Source: Verrucomicrobiales bacterium (GTDB taxonomy: Bacteria > Verrucomicrobiota > Verrucomicrobiia > Verrucomicrobiales > SLCJ01). From it: a stretch of DNA of 25,550 bases. The stretch covers positions 1-25,550 of the forward strand of contig JBJTQJ010000019.1 of the NCBI GenBank assembly GCA_046075565.1, given 5' to 3'. Position numbers and translations under genes: made by a program. This document shows positions 16,765-25,550 of the stretch, in pieces. Numbering within the stretch: the stretch's first letter is position 1; each line of letters begins with the position of its first letter. Under the pieces are notes generated by a model. That model was given only the letters and a program-made list of their open reading frames with translations, was not told where the DNA came from and did no database searches.

Positions 16765-17661
16765 ATGAGTAAACCTGTTTTAGGAAAAGGCCTGGGAGCG
16801 CTGATCAAAAAATCCGGCGCTAATGTCCCCGATCCCTCCTTGCCCCGTGATGGCGAGAGAGTGGAAAAAGTGCCATTGGATCGTTTGACGGCGAGCCCGC
16901 TTCAGCCCCGGAGAAACTTCGCTGAAGAGGCGCTTGAGGAGCTGAAGGAGTCCATTCGCCAGCACGGAATTATCCAACCTCTCATCGTTCGCGAGGTTGG
17001 TGGCAGGTTGGAACTCATCGCTGGTGAGCGTCGTTTCCGAGCCTCGCAATTGCTTGGCTTGACAGAGTTGCCGGTGATTCGCCGCTCGGCCACGGATCGT
17101 GACGTTCTCGAGATGGCGCTCATCGAGAACCTCCAGCGCGAGGATCTGGATCCGGTTGAGGAGGCGAGGGGATATGAGCGGCTCGCGCGGGAGTTTTCGC
17201 TGCGTCAGGAAGATATCGCGGCCCGCGTCGGGAAAAACCGTGCCACGGTCGCCAATGCCATCCGCTTGCTTGATCTTGATGAGATGGTCCAAGGGTATCT
17301 CGCCCGTGGGCTGATCACTACCGGCCACGCGAAAGCAATTCTGGCGATTAAGGAAGCCGAGCACCAGCGTGCGGTTGCCGAGCAGGTGATCAAACGCAAA
17401 CTCACCGTGCGCCAGACCGAAGCATTGGTGGTCGAGCAACTCGACAAGACCGGCGGGCAAAAGCGTTCCCGCAAGAGCGGAGGAACCCGCGTTCTGCCCG
17501 CCCATCTCGCCGACATCGAATCTCGTCTGCGGGAAAAATTCTCCACCCAAGTCCAATTGATTCATTCCGACAAACGCGGACGCATCGAAATCGAATACTA
17601 CGGTGACGGGGATCTGGATCGGATTCTCGAAGCATTGGGTATGGTCGAGCCGATCCCGTGA
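16765..17661 (+). CDS. parB: Chromosome partitioning protein ParB/Spo0J
   Basis: LGKGLGALI, QPRRNF, GIIQPL, IAGERRFRA (CTP box), ALIENLQREDL, HTH VGKNRATVANAIRLL, GHAKAIL, C-terminal GRIEIEYY. Start ATG 16765. Confidence 0.94.
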   Translation: MSKPVLGKGLGALIKKSGANVPDPSLPRDGERVEKVPLDRLTASPLQPRRNFAEEALEELKESIRQHGIIQPLIVREVGGRLELIAGERRFRASQLLGLTELPVIRRSATDRDVLEMALIENLQREDLDPVEEARGYERLAREFSLRQEDIAARVGKNRATVANAIRLLDLDEMVQGYLARGLITTGHAKAILAIKEAEHQRAVAEQVIKRKLTVRQTEALVVEQLDKTGGQKRSRKSGGTRVLPAHLADIESRLREKFSTQVQLIHSDKRGRIEIEYYGDGDLDRILEALGMVEPIP

Positions 17662-17836
17662 GATCGAGTGAAAAGGGTGGCCGCCACGGGTTCATGGCGG
17701 TGGGCCAACGGCATGTTGCTAAAAACGATCAGTCTCACCCCGGAATCAACGAATGCGGAACGGGCGGGACTCCCAATCCTCTGAGTTTACCCCAAACAAT
17801 CTTGGTCTTCCGGGGGCTGGTTGTCCACTTCCTTGT

Positions 17837-17941
17837 AGGGCAAGAGCGGGACGCTCTTGCTACGAATGACAACGAAACTCGCGGAGAATTGTCCTGTGAG
17901 CTCATACCGGAATCGTAGCAAGACCGTCCCGGTCTTGCCCT
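17837..17941. repeat. REPIN-like inverted pair of 29-bp GTAG REP palindromes
   Basis: 17837-17865 AGGGCAAGAGCGGGACGCTCTTGCTACGA and the reverse complement of 17913-17941 match 27/29. 47-bp spacer, between convergent parB and pfkA. Confidence 0.85.
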
Positions 17942-18005
17942 GAAAACTGATCGCTCTTTGCCATTCCCACTGCTAAACCGACCAGATTGGGCGACCTGCT
18001 TCCAT

Positions 18006-18965
18006 TCACCTCGAGAGGCGCGACACCATTTTGAGGATATAGGGATCCATCTGGTAGGTTGTCGAGGCGATGTCCTGAATGGGCGCCAGATTCACCTTGC
18101 CTCCATTGGCGACGGTCACCACGCCGCTCTGGCCGGAACAAAGAGCATCGACGGCGGCAGTGGCGAATAAAAAACCCATCCTGCGATCAAAGACCGTCGG
18201 TGAGCCTCCGCGCTGGATATGGCCGAGCGCCGAGGCGCGGGATTCCATGCCGATTTCGTCTTCGAACCATTTGACGATTTTATCGCAGCCGCCCACGCCT
18301 TCCGCGACCACCGCGATGGCGTATCGCCTTCCTCCTCGAATATCGTTTTGCAGTCTTTTGGCGGCGCTGGTCAGATCAAAAGTCACCTCCGGAATGAGAC
18401 AGAGTTCCGCGCCGCTGGTAAGCGCGCTCACGGCGGCAAGATAACCGCAATGGCGGCCCATCGTCTCCACCACGAAGGCTCGTCCGAAGGAAGCCGCCGT
18501 ATCCCGGATGTCGTCGATGGCCTGGCGGATGACATTGAGCGCCGTATCCACTCCGAGGCAATAGTCGGTGCCCGGAATATCATTGTCGATGGTCGCGGGA
18601 ATTCCCGCCACCCGGATGGCGCACTCTTCGGACATGATGCGCCCGGCATTGAAGGATCCATCTCCGCCGACGATCACGAGTTTGTTGATCCCGCGTTTCA
18701 GGAGATTGTCGTAGGCCCAGGGACGCAGCCCCGCATCCCGGAAATCTTTGGATCGTGACGAACCCAAAACAGTACCCCCGCGGTGGATGATCCCGGAGAC
18801 GATCGACTTTTCAGCAGGCACGACTTTATCTTCGAGCAGGCCCCGCAGGCCATCATGGATCAGGAACGGCCGCTCGCCCCGTTCGAGTGAATAATCCACG
18901 AAGCGTTTGACCGCCGGGTTCATGCCCGCCGAGTCGCCCCCTGATGTCATGATTGCAATACTCAT
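18006..18965 (-). CDS. pfkA: ATP-dependent 6-phosphofructokinase
   Basis: TSGGDSAGMN, GGTVLGSSR, GGDGS, PATIDND, ETMGRHCG, LGHIQRGG. GGDG and a non-Lys residue in PxTIDND are the ATP-type signatures. Confidence 0.92.
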   Translation of the reverse strand: MSIAIMTSGGDSAGMNPAVKRFVDYSLERGERPFLIHDGLRGLLEDKVVPAEKSIVSGIIHRGGTVLGSSRSKDFRDAGLRPWAYDNLLKRGINKLVIVGGDGSFNAGRIMSEECAIRVAGIPATIDNDIPGTDYCLGVDTALNVIRQAIDDIRDTAASFGRAFVVETMGRHCGYLAAVSALTSGAELCLIPEVTFDLTSAAKRLQNDIRGGRRYAIAVVAEGVGGCDKIVKWFEDEIGMESRASALGHIQRGGSPTVFDRRMGFLFATAAVDALCSGQSGVVTVANGGKVNLAPIQDIASTTYQMDPYILKMVSRLSR

Positions 18966-19045
18966 ACTTGAATGTTCCGATACTGCCGGAGGGGTCGGAA
19001 CGCAAGCGCTTGCCGGAAAATTCGCGAATCGGAACCGGAGTCGGA

Positions 19046-19483
19046 TTAGCGCCGCCGGTTGGCACGACGGGCGGGTTTGGCGGGAGGCCGGGTTGGCCGG
19101 CCGGTCGGAAGGAAGGGTTTGCGAAAGGCGTCCTCGAAATCGTAGCCATTCGCGAAGTCTTGGCGTGTGTCTTCTTCGGTTTTCCCGAAAGCACCGACCT
19201 CGATCAGACCGAATACCATCTCCCCGATATCTTCACAGCGGTGGATGCCCCAGATCTCGAGCACGGTCCGGGCCAGCGGCCCGAATTCCCGGAGCGCGAG
19301 GTCGCGGAATCCGCCAAGCAATTCCGGGCCGCGAACGTGCCGGGGGCGACTCTGGGAGGCGCGGGGAACCCCAGCGATGGTGAAATCCAACGCGTCCCGC
19401 AGGAACAAGTAGGCATCCACGTCGTAGCGCGGGTCCTTTTCCGCCGCCTGGCGGGCGTATTCTTCGAATCCCTGTTTCTGCAT
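19046..19483 (-). CDS. Minf_1886-family (Verrucomicrobia/Planctomycetes-restricted) conserved protein
   Basis: DPRYDVDAYLFLRDAL, RHVRGPELL, EFGPLARTVLEIWGI, DIGEMVFGL, F GKTEEDTRQDF pattern recognised from this family. Confidence 0.82.
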   Translation of the reverse strand: MQKQGFEEYARQAAEKDPRYDVDAYLFLRDALDFTIAGVPRASQSRPRHVRGPELLGGFRDLALREFGPLARTVLEIWGIHRCEDIGEMVFGLIEVGAFGKTEEDTRQDFANGYDFEDAFRKPFLPTGRPTRPPAKPARRANRRR

Positions 19484-19578
19484 GTGGCACGGATTCGAGC
19501 ATGGACCGGGGCTTTTGTCAAGATGCCGGGGGCGGTTTCATCGCTTGCACCCTGAACTGCGTCGTGCATTCTTTCCCC

Positions 19579-20463
19579 ATGAAAACGCGTCTCTGCCTCT
19601 TCCTGCTTGCCGGCGCCGCTTTATCCGCCGCCGAACCCGATTGGATCGATGAAGGCTTCGAGGTGCCAAGGGTCTATCAGGACGGGCAGACCGTGGCCGG
19701 TGTCGAAAAAACCGCCGATGGGGCGGGTGGCTGGGTGATGGACGACAAAATCAAGGCCCCTCTTCCCGATGCCTTCGTCGCCAGCGCGTCCGTTGCGGAA
19801 AAACCGGAGGATCCGAAAGCCGCGCGCGAGAGGGAGCGTCAGGAGAAGGACGCGCTCCGGGAGGCTGAAAAGGATTTGGATCGGGATGCCCGGAAAAAAG
19901 CGGAAGAAGCCCGGGAAACGGCCGCCAAGGCAGCCAAAGTCGCCGCCAGTCTGAAAACCCGGCCGGGCCAGCTCACCCTCGTCCCCGGCAAACCGGGCGG
20001 ACAATCGATTGTCCGCACTCTCTCCGAGCCCATCAAGGCGCCATTTTACATGTTGGTCGTCCTGGAAACCGACTACTCGGCCGGAGGATTTAGCATCAGC
20101 CTCGAGGATGAAATTGTTGATCTTCCGTTCGAACTGAAAATTCAGAAACTCGAGGAGCGACATTGGAAACTTTCCGCCGGGGGTTCCGCCGGGGGAGTGA
20201 GTTGCAAGGAGGTCAAAGGTCGTCACGTTTTCCTCGCGGGCATGGAACCTGACCCGAAGAGCCGGGAAAACTGGCTTGTCCGGGCGGTCTGCAACCCGAC
20301 CGACTTGCGCAATCCCTTGGCGGGTGTGGCCGGGGTGGCGAAATTCTCCACGACCGTGCCATTCAAGGATTTCGTCCGCCTCCGGATCAGCCGGGGCGAG
20401 AAATTCTCGGGGAAAATCGATGAAATCCGTTTTGGCAAGACCTTGCGGGACGTTCTGCCCTGA
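19579..20463 (+). CDS. Secreted hypothetical protein with charged helical insert
   Basis: Sec signal MKTRLCLFLLAGAALSA-A, an E/R/K/A-rich helix, and a beta-rich remainder ending IDEIRFGKTLRDVLP. Confidence 0.7.
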   Translation: MKTRLCLFLLAGAALSAAEPDWIDEGFEVPRVYQDGQTVAGVEKTADGAGGWVMDDKIKAPLPDAFVASASVAEKPEDPKAARERERQEKDALREAEKDLDRDARKKAEEARETAAKAAKVAASLKTRPGQLTLVPGKPGGQSIVRTLSEPIKAPFYMLVVLETDYSAGGFSISLEDEIVDLPFELKIQKLEERHWKLSAGGSAGGVSCKEVKGRHVFLAGMEPDPKSRENWLVRAVCNPTDLRNPLAGVAGVAKFSTTVPFKDFVRLRISRGEKFSGKIDEIRFGKTLRDVLP

Positions 20464-20480
20464 GCCATCTTTGCCGAGAT

Positions 20481-21452
20481 TTGTCCTCTTCCAGTTCCAT
20501 TCCCGAGAGCGTTCCACCGTGGCAGTGGCCGGTTGTTTTGGGTCTCATCCAGCCGATCATCGCCTGCACATGGCTCGGGTGGCTCGCGGCCAGTTATAAA
20601 CTTTACGTCTCGGGCGCACAGTACCTCGCCCTCGGTCTGGCCGTCTGGCTCATCTATACATTGGATGGCCTGCTCGACGCCCGGAACCACCGGGAGGGCG
20701 AACCACTGAGCCCACGCCGCGCTTTCCTACGCAAACACGCGGGTTGGTTCTGGTTGTTTACATTCGTGGGCTCGGGCTGCCTGCTCGGGATCGCGCTCAG
20801 CGAACTTGGTTCCGGACTTTTCCTCTCCGGGATTTTTCTGGGTCTTCTCGTGCTCTTTTACCTCGGCCATGCGCAAAATCTCCGCAAAGCCCAATTCACC
20901 TTTCTGCCCAAGGAGGTCTTCGGTGGTGTGCTCTTCGCCATGGGCGTCGGACTTGTCATCATCGAGGCGCATGGACGCGGTGCGGTTGGTCCGGTCTCCG
21001 TGGAGTCGGCACTCATGGCCGTCAAAGGCGGGCTTCTCAGCGCGATCCTCTGGTTGATTCAATCCATCCTCTTCCTCTTGCTCACCATCTTCACCGACGG
21101 CGCGGTCGTGCTCTTCGCCCTCCTGTGCGTCGCGAATACACTTTTGACCGTCCGGCATGAGGCGGTCGGCCTCGGCGATGTGACCTCGGCCAAACGACTC
21201 GCGCCCGGACTAGTCGCCCTCGCGCCGGTGCTAACTCTCGCCCTTGCCCTGAGTTCGCTCGTGAATCTCACCATCAACCGCTCGCCGGAGTTGCGGCCGG
21301 TGCATGGCGCCGTGGCCCTTTGTGCCACGCTCATGTTCACCGTCCATCATTTCGCGCGGAACCACCGCCTCAACGGACCTTTGGCCGCGTTTCTGCTCGA
21401 TGTGGCCCTGCTCGCACCTTTGGCATTGTTTCCCTTCAACCCTCCGGTGTAA
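20481..21452 (+). CDS. Polytopic membrane protein, UbiA prenyltransferase-like
   Basis: About 9 hydrophobic segments, WLIYTLDGLLDARN (UbiA-like first Asp motif) and LPKEVFGGVLFAMG. The TTG start is uncertain. Confidence 0.6.
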   Translation: MSSSSSIPESVPPWQWPVVLGLIQPIIACTWLGWLAASYKLYVSGAQYLALGLAVWLIYTLDGLLDARNHREGEPLSPRRAFLRKHAGWFWLFTFVGSGCLLGIALSELGSGLFLSGIFLGLLVLFYLGHAQNLRKAQFTFLPKEVFGGVLFAMGVGLVIIEAHGRGAVGPVSVESALMAVKGGLLSAILWLIQSILFLLLTIFTDGAVVLFALLCVANTLLTVRHEAVGLGDVTSAKRLAPGLVALAPVLTLALALSSLVNLTINRSPELRPVHGAVALCATLMFTVHHFARNHRLNGPLAAFLLDVALLAPLALFPFNPPV

Positions 21453-21496
21453 TGTGAACCAATCGCGCTCCCCGCGACGCTCCTCCGATCACTGCC

Positions 21497-22210
21497 ATGG
21501 AAACTTCCCCCGCAACGGTTCCTCCCACGGCTTCCGCGCCGCCGCGCAAGAATTGCCTGATGCTCGGCTGCGGAGCGCTGGCTATGATCGTCATCACGGC
21601 GGTCATCGCGGTTGCCGCCACTTTGTGGTGGTTGAAGCGCCCGATCGAACCGGTGACCCTTGATGCCAAGGAACAAGCCGTGCTCGACGAGAAAGTGCGG
21701 GTCTTTGAACAATCGAGGGGACAAGGCAATGCGGCGGCGGCCCCCGCCGATGCCGCCGGGCCGGGGCAACCTAACGAGGGTAATGCACCCGCGCCCGATC
21801 CGGCTTACCTGCCGGGATCCAAAACCCTCCGCCTCACGGAACGCGAGCTGAACGCACTACTGAACCAGAATACCGAATTCGGAGACACGGTCCGGTTGGA
21901 ATTGGCCAAAGACGCCGTGCATGCCTACCTCGCGGTGCCGATTCCGCCGGATTTTCCCATCGGTGGAGGCACGACTTTCCGCGCCCGCGGTCGTTTCCAA
22001 ATCAAGGTGGTCGAAGGCGAGGTGCCCAGCGCCATTCTCGAGGATGTCACGGTTCTCGGCCTGAGCCTTCCCCAAGCTTGGCTCGGCGATCTGAAGGGAC
22101 GGAATCTCTTCGAAGAGGAGGCCCGCAAGGCGGGAAAAGGAGCGTTTTTGCAAGGGATCAAATCCCTCAAAGTCGAACCCGGCAACCTCGTGCTCGAAGT
22201 GAATGAGTGA
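21497..22210 (+). CDS. Single-pass membrane-anchored hypothetical protein
   Basis: N-terminal TM (GCGALAMIVITAVIAVAATLWW), Pro/Ala linker, LRLTERELNALL...IPPDFPIGGG...LPQAWLGDLKGRNL. 8-nt overlap with the next gene. Confidence 0.72.
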   Translation: METSPATVPPTASAPPRKNCLMLGCGALAMIVITAVIAVAATLWWLKRPIEPVTLDAKEQAVLDEKVRVFEQSRGQGNAAAAPADAAGPGQPNEGNAPAPDPAYLPGSKTLRLTERELNALLNQNTEFGDTVRLELAKDAVHAYLAVPIPPDFPIGGGTTFRARGRFQIKVVEGEVPSAILEDVTVLGLSLPQAWLGDLKGRNLFEEEARKAGKGAFLQGIKSLKVEPGNLVLEVNE

Positions 22211-24899
22211 TCCACGCTCATCACCCCGCGCCAACTTGATGCCGAGATCCCTACGGCGCGCCGGATCAATCGTCCTCTGCCTTGTCTCGGCATTCCATTT
22301 CGCCACCTCTCCGGTCTCCGGATCCACACCGGATTCGCTTGGCCGAATTCCCGTTCTTGTTGATCCTGGGCCGTGGAATGCAACACCCGTCGCCCCGGGC
22401 CAAAGCAATTACCGTCTGGTAATCGAATACTCTGCCGAGGCGGGGCACAACGCCATGGTTTCCTTGGAAGGCTGGAAGCGACTTCTCCCGGCCGGCGAAA
22501 AGATGCGGGCCGAATTCGCCATCGAAGATGCCGATGGTTCGCCCTATATTGTCCGGCACTGGCGTCCCGGCCGCGACCGTCCCGACTCCACGGATCGCCC
22601 GCGCAGGCATGAACATGCGGCGGCTCCCGAAGTAACCTTGACCGCGCCGGAAGGCTTTCAAATCCACCGCGCTTTCGTGCAACCGCTCCGCGAATCCGAT
22701 CATGGCGAGTTGTGGGCCAAAGCCACGACCACCGATGCCACGATCGGCTCGGCCCTCTATCGCGACCATTGCCTGGCCTGCCACGGAGATGGCAACACCA
22801 TCGGCCGTTACCCCGGTCTTGCCGCGTGGAAAGAACGTGATGTTTCTTTATCGACGGATCCACACAGCCTCTGGCGGGCGATCAAAGATCCCGACGGATC
22901 CGCCCCCGGCCATCCTCGTCTAACCGACGAAGAGGCCTACCAAGTGCTCCGTTATCTGAGAGACAATCTGTTGTCGACCAATGACGCCGAACCAGGTTCC
23001 TCCGAGCTGCCGCGCGGACGTGTGCTTTCCCCTCCGGAGGAGAGTTCTGTTTCTTCCAGTGCCCCGTGGCGTCGTATGGATCACGGTCCCTTTCTCTTCC
23101 AGCCTCTGAGGATCCTTGATGCCGAAGGCAAGACCAGCGCCGAAGTCGCGCATTCTCTGGTGGTCCGGCTCGACCCCGGCATCGGCGGCGTGACACGTGG
23201 GCGTGCCTGGGCCGTCTATGATGTCGGTGATTTCAGATTCCTCGGCATCGCCCGTGGGGGAAGATTCTCCGATAGCTCCGCGATCTTCGACGGCAATGGC
23301 GACGCGGGACTCACCTTGCAAGGAGCGACTCTTGAAAAGGAAGAGAGTTCTGCGGAAGCAGGGGAGAAGGCCGTATTCAAAGCCGTCACGGTCTCGGGCT
23401 CCGAAGTTGCGGTGCTCTCAACGATCAATGGAACCGATTTTTCAGAACGATTCTTCTGGAGAGCCGGGCAAAAACCAACACGTGAGTATGGGCCATTGGA
23501 AAATGGTCTCGCACCCGGAAAGGCGGATCCCCTCGCGGTCGAGGTCACCACGCGCCTGATCGTTGATGAACAAAATGCCAGCGCGCCACTGGTGGTCGAG
23601 GGCATTCCCGCGCCCGCGCCGGAAGAACTGATCACCGGTTCCTGGATGCGCTTCACCGGCCTCGCCATGCGGAATGACGGCAGCGCGCTGCTTTGCACGC
23701 CGAATGGTGAAGTTTGGCTGGTGCGTGGATTGGATTCCCCCAAGGCCACCCCGCGTTGGCGGCGATTTGCCAGCGGGCTTGACGGCCCGCACCGCCTCTC
23801 CACGTCGGGTGGAGTCTTGGAAGCCCGATGCCGCAACGGTAGGTTCCGCTTGTTCGATGAAAACAACGACGGCTTCTGCGAGCGTTATGAACGGAAAGCC
23901 GCTTCCAGTGGCGACACGCGCTCCGAGCTAACAGATCGATTGACACGATGGGCCGCGCCCTCACGCACCGCCGACGATACATGGTATTTCGCCGCCGCCG
24001 CGACCGAAAGCAATCCGGGAGCAGGCTTCATCCGGAACCAGGGCGGGCCACCCGAAGACGCCGAACCGCCCGTTTATGTCTGGCTTCCCGGCGCGGAGTC
24101 ATCACCACCCGCCGGACCGGTTTGGCTGCCGGCGACCGGCAAGTGGGGTGGGGGACTGCAAAGCGGAACCCTCATGCCCTGCCGGGATAGCGGGAAGCTT
24201 TTCCGGCTCTGGTCCGCCCGTCCCGGTGATCTCTCCATGCCGCGGGTCCTCTGGTCATTGCCCGTTCCGCCCGTGGATACCGACATCATGGCCTCATCTT
24301 TTTCCGGATCCTCCCTCTACATCTGCGGTATCCCGCTCGACGAGGAAACTCCCCCTCATGCCGCAGGATTCTGGCGCATTCGCCGGCAGAACGGGCATCT
24401 TTTCCATCCCGTTGAGTTTGATGCCGATGACCAAAGCGTGACGTTGCGATTCAACTCTCCGCTCGATCCCGCCGCCACCGCCGCCAGTCGCTTCGTGCGG
24501 GTGACCGCATGGAAACCGGACGCCGGATTCTCCGAGGCCAAACCCGTGGCTCCGCGGCGCGTATTGTTGGGACGAAATACCATGCGAGTTGTTAGCGATG
24601 TGATCGAGCCGGGAGCCGGATTCTCCCTCGAATGCTCGGTCACCGATGGCCAGGGCTTGGCCCACCGCTTTGATGTCCACTTCACCCTGCCCGCCGAGTT
24701 GCCACCTGCTATCCTTCCCGCGCCGCGTTCTCGTCCTCTCCCTCCGCCGGTTGTCGCGGGTGTGGATGACCCACTGGATCCCGACGATGGGGCCGCGGCT
24801 GATCCCGCACCGGAAGATTTGCCCGCCTTCGAACTGCCGGGACGTTTGCCGGAACTCGATGATCCCGTGGAAGAAGAGGAGCCGTTACCCAAGCACTGA
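22203..24899 (+). CDS. Exported c-type cytochrome / DUF6797-like multidomain protein with beta-propeller-like region
   Basis: Signal-like N-terminus, CLACH at 22770-22784, PWRRMDHGPFL, SWMRFTGLAM..DGSALLCT.NGEVWLV, WRRFASGL, DENNDGFCERYE, acidic Pro-rich tail. Confidence 0.72.
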   Translation: MSDPRSSPRANLMPRSLRRAGSIVLCLVSAFHFATSPVSGSTPDSLGRIPVLVDPGPWNATPVAPGQSNYRLVIEYSAEAGHNAMVSLEGWKRLLPAGEKMRAEFAIEDADGSPYIVRHWRPGRDRPDSTDRPRRHEHAAAPEVTLTAPEGFQIHRAFVQPLRESDHGELWAKATTTDATIGSALYRDHCLACHGDGNTIGRYPGLAAWKERDVSLSTDPHSLWRAIKDPDGSAPGHPRLTDEEAYQVLRYLRDNLLSTNDAEPGSSELPRGRVLSPPEESSVSSSAPWRRMDHGPFLFQPLRILDAEGKTSAEVAHSLVVRLDPGIGGVTRGRAWAVYDVGDFRFLGIARGGRFSDSSAIFDGNGDAGLTLQGATLEKEESSAEAGEKAVFKAVTVSGSEVAVLSTINGTDFSERFFWRAGQKPTREYGPLENGLAPGKADPLAVEVTTRLIVDEQNASAPLVVEGIPAPAPEELITGSWMRFTGLAMRNDGSALLCTPNGEVWLVRGLDSPKATPRWRRFASGLDGPHRLSTSGGVLEARCRNGRFRLFDENNDGFCERYERKAASSGDTRSELTDRLTRWAAPSRTADDTWYFAAAATESNPGAGFIRNQGGPPEDAEPPVYVWLPGAESSPPAGPVWLPATGKWGGGLQSGTLMPCRDSGKLFRLWSARPGDLSMPRVLWSLPVPPVDTDIMASSFSGSSLYICGIPLDEETPPHAAGFWRIRRQNGHLFHPVEFDADDQSVTLRFNSPLDPAATAASRFVRVTAWKPDAGFSEAKPVAPRRVLLGRNTMRVVSDVIEPGAGFSLECSVTDGQGLAHRFDVHFTLPAELPPAILPAPRSRPLPPPVVAGVDDPLDPDDGAAADPAPEDLPAFELPGRLPELDDPVEEEEPLPKH

Positions 24900-25011
24900 A
24901 CCTATTGTCCGAGGAGCGGGCAAACGCCACGTTGCCACGACGCGAACTAACAAGCTGCGGTAGAACGGGTGTGGAAAATGCGGGCTGGTTTATCCTAAAT
25001 TCGGACATGAA

Positions 25012-25056
25012 AACCACGGACGCCACGGATTATCACGGATATTCAGAGGATTAGGA
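25012..25056 (+). repeat. Short tandem CACGGA(T) repeat
   Basis: CACGGA at 25015, 25024 and 25034, plus a degenerate CAGAGGAT at 25044, between convergent genes. Confidence 0.6.
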
Positions 25057-25187
25057 CAAAAGAGCAGTTCATCCTGTGAGTAAGAGAATGCCCAAATCGA
25101 AACCTCTGGGTTTCAAATTTCTATTCGTGCGGTTTCGTGTCCATGATGAGGCCCTGGCTTCGCCATCGTGGTTTCTCGGTTCAAGGT

Positions 25188-25550
25188 TTATGCTCCGCTC
25201 CGCCCGTGTTTGCGCGAGGTGTCGAGCATTTCCGGCACGATCAACGAGGTTCCCACGAGAATGAGCGCGGCGCAGATGGTAGCGACCACCTGCGGTGGAA
25301 AATGCCCGAGAAGATGGAACCCGATGAAGGGAGCGATGAGGCCGCGTGTTCCCGTGAGAAAGGCGTGCACCGACATGTATTCCGCCACTTGATCGGGCCG
25401 CGCGAACTTCGTGACCCAGAGATTCCATGAGACATCACCTCCGGCGCGCGCGAGGCCATGCGCCGCCATGCCGAGAGCCATCCAGGGCAGGGTTCCCCCG
25501 CCGAAATAACAGAGGGTTGATACCACGAAGAGTAGATTGATCAGCCCCCG
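25188..25550 (-). CDS. MFS transporter, C-terminal part (runs off the window)
   Basis: Open to the window edge, with consecutive TM helices and GGDVSWNLWVTKFA...YMSVHAFLTGTRGLIAPFIG. Confidence 0.72.
   Translation of the reverse strand, partial: RGLINLLFVVSTLCYFGGGTLPWMALGMAAHGLARAGGDVSWNLWVTKFARPDQVAEYMSVHAFLTGTRGLIAPFIGFHLLGHFPPQVVATICAALILVGTSLIVPEMLDTSRKHGRSGA

Noticed and set aside
21497..22210. Arginine N-succinyltransferase label that I recall on similar proteins
   Set aside because: No AstA/GNAT motifs are present and the protein is membrane-anchored, so the label is likely a propagated misannotation.

Overview
GC-rich bacterial chromosome segment, very probably Verrucomicrobiota (Luteolibacter/Verrucomicrobiales-like). 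This is inferred from a Planctomycete/Verrucomicrobia-restricted Minf_1886-type gene, a PEP-CTERM remnant, a DUF6797-like cytochrome c protein and a Verrucomicrobia-style surface PPIase. The left ~9.3 kb looks accessory: an orphan ORF, a large FN3/Ig/cyclophilin surface protein bracketed by a degenerate ~70-85 bp direct repeat carrying a promoter, a truncated PEP-CTERM gene, a GH106 alpha-L-rhamnosidase with an inserted F5/8C module, and a methyltransferase with a coiled-coil tail. The rest looks core-like: a membrane-anchored methyltransferase, cysI-cysH-cysK, tRNA-Lys(CTT), an MBL hydrolase plus Gfo/Idh/MocA pair, orphan parB, pfkA, Minf_1886, a four-gene envelope cluster ending in an atypical cytochrome c/DUF6797-like protein, and the 3' end of an MFS transporter. 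Several intergenic regions hold GTAG/GGAG-type REP-like palindromes, including an inverted pair with a compensatory base-pair change. I found no CRISPR array, transposase, integrase or phage gene. I cannot demonstrate a new system. The best leads are the duplicated promoter element, the REP cluster and the uncharacterised envelope/cytochrome cluster. All family assignments are from motif recognition, not database searches.
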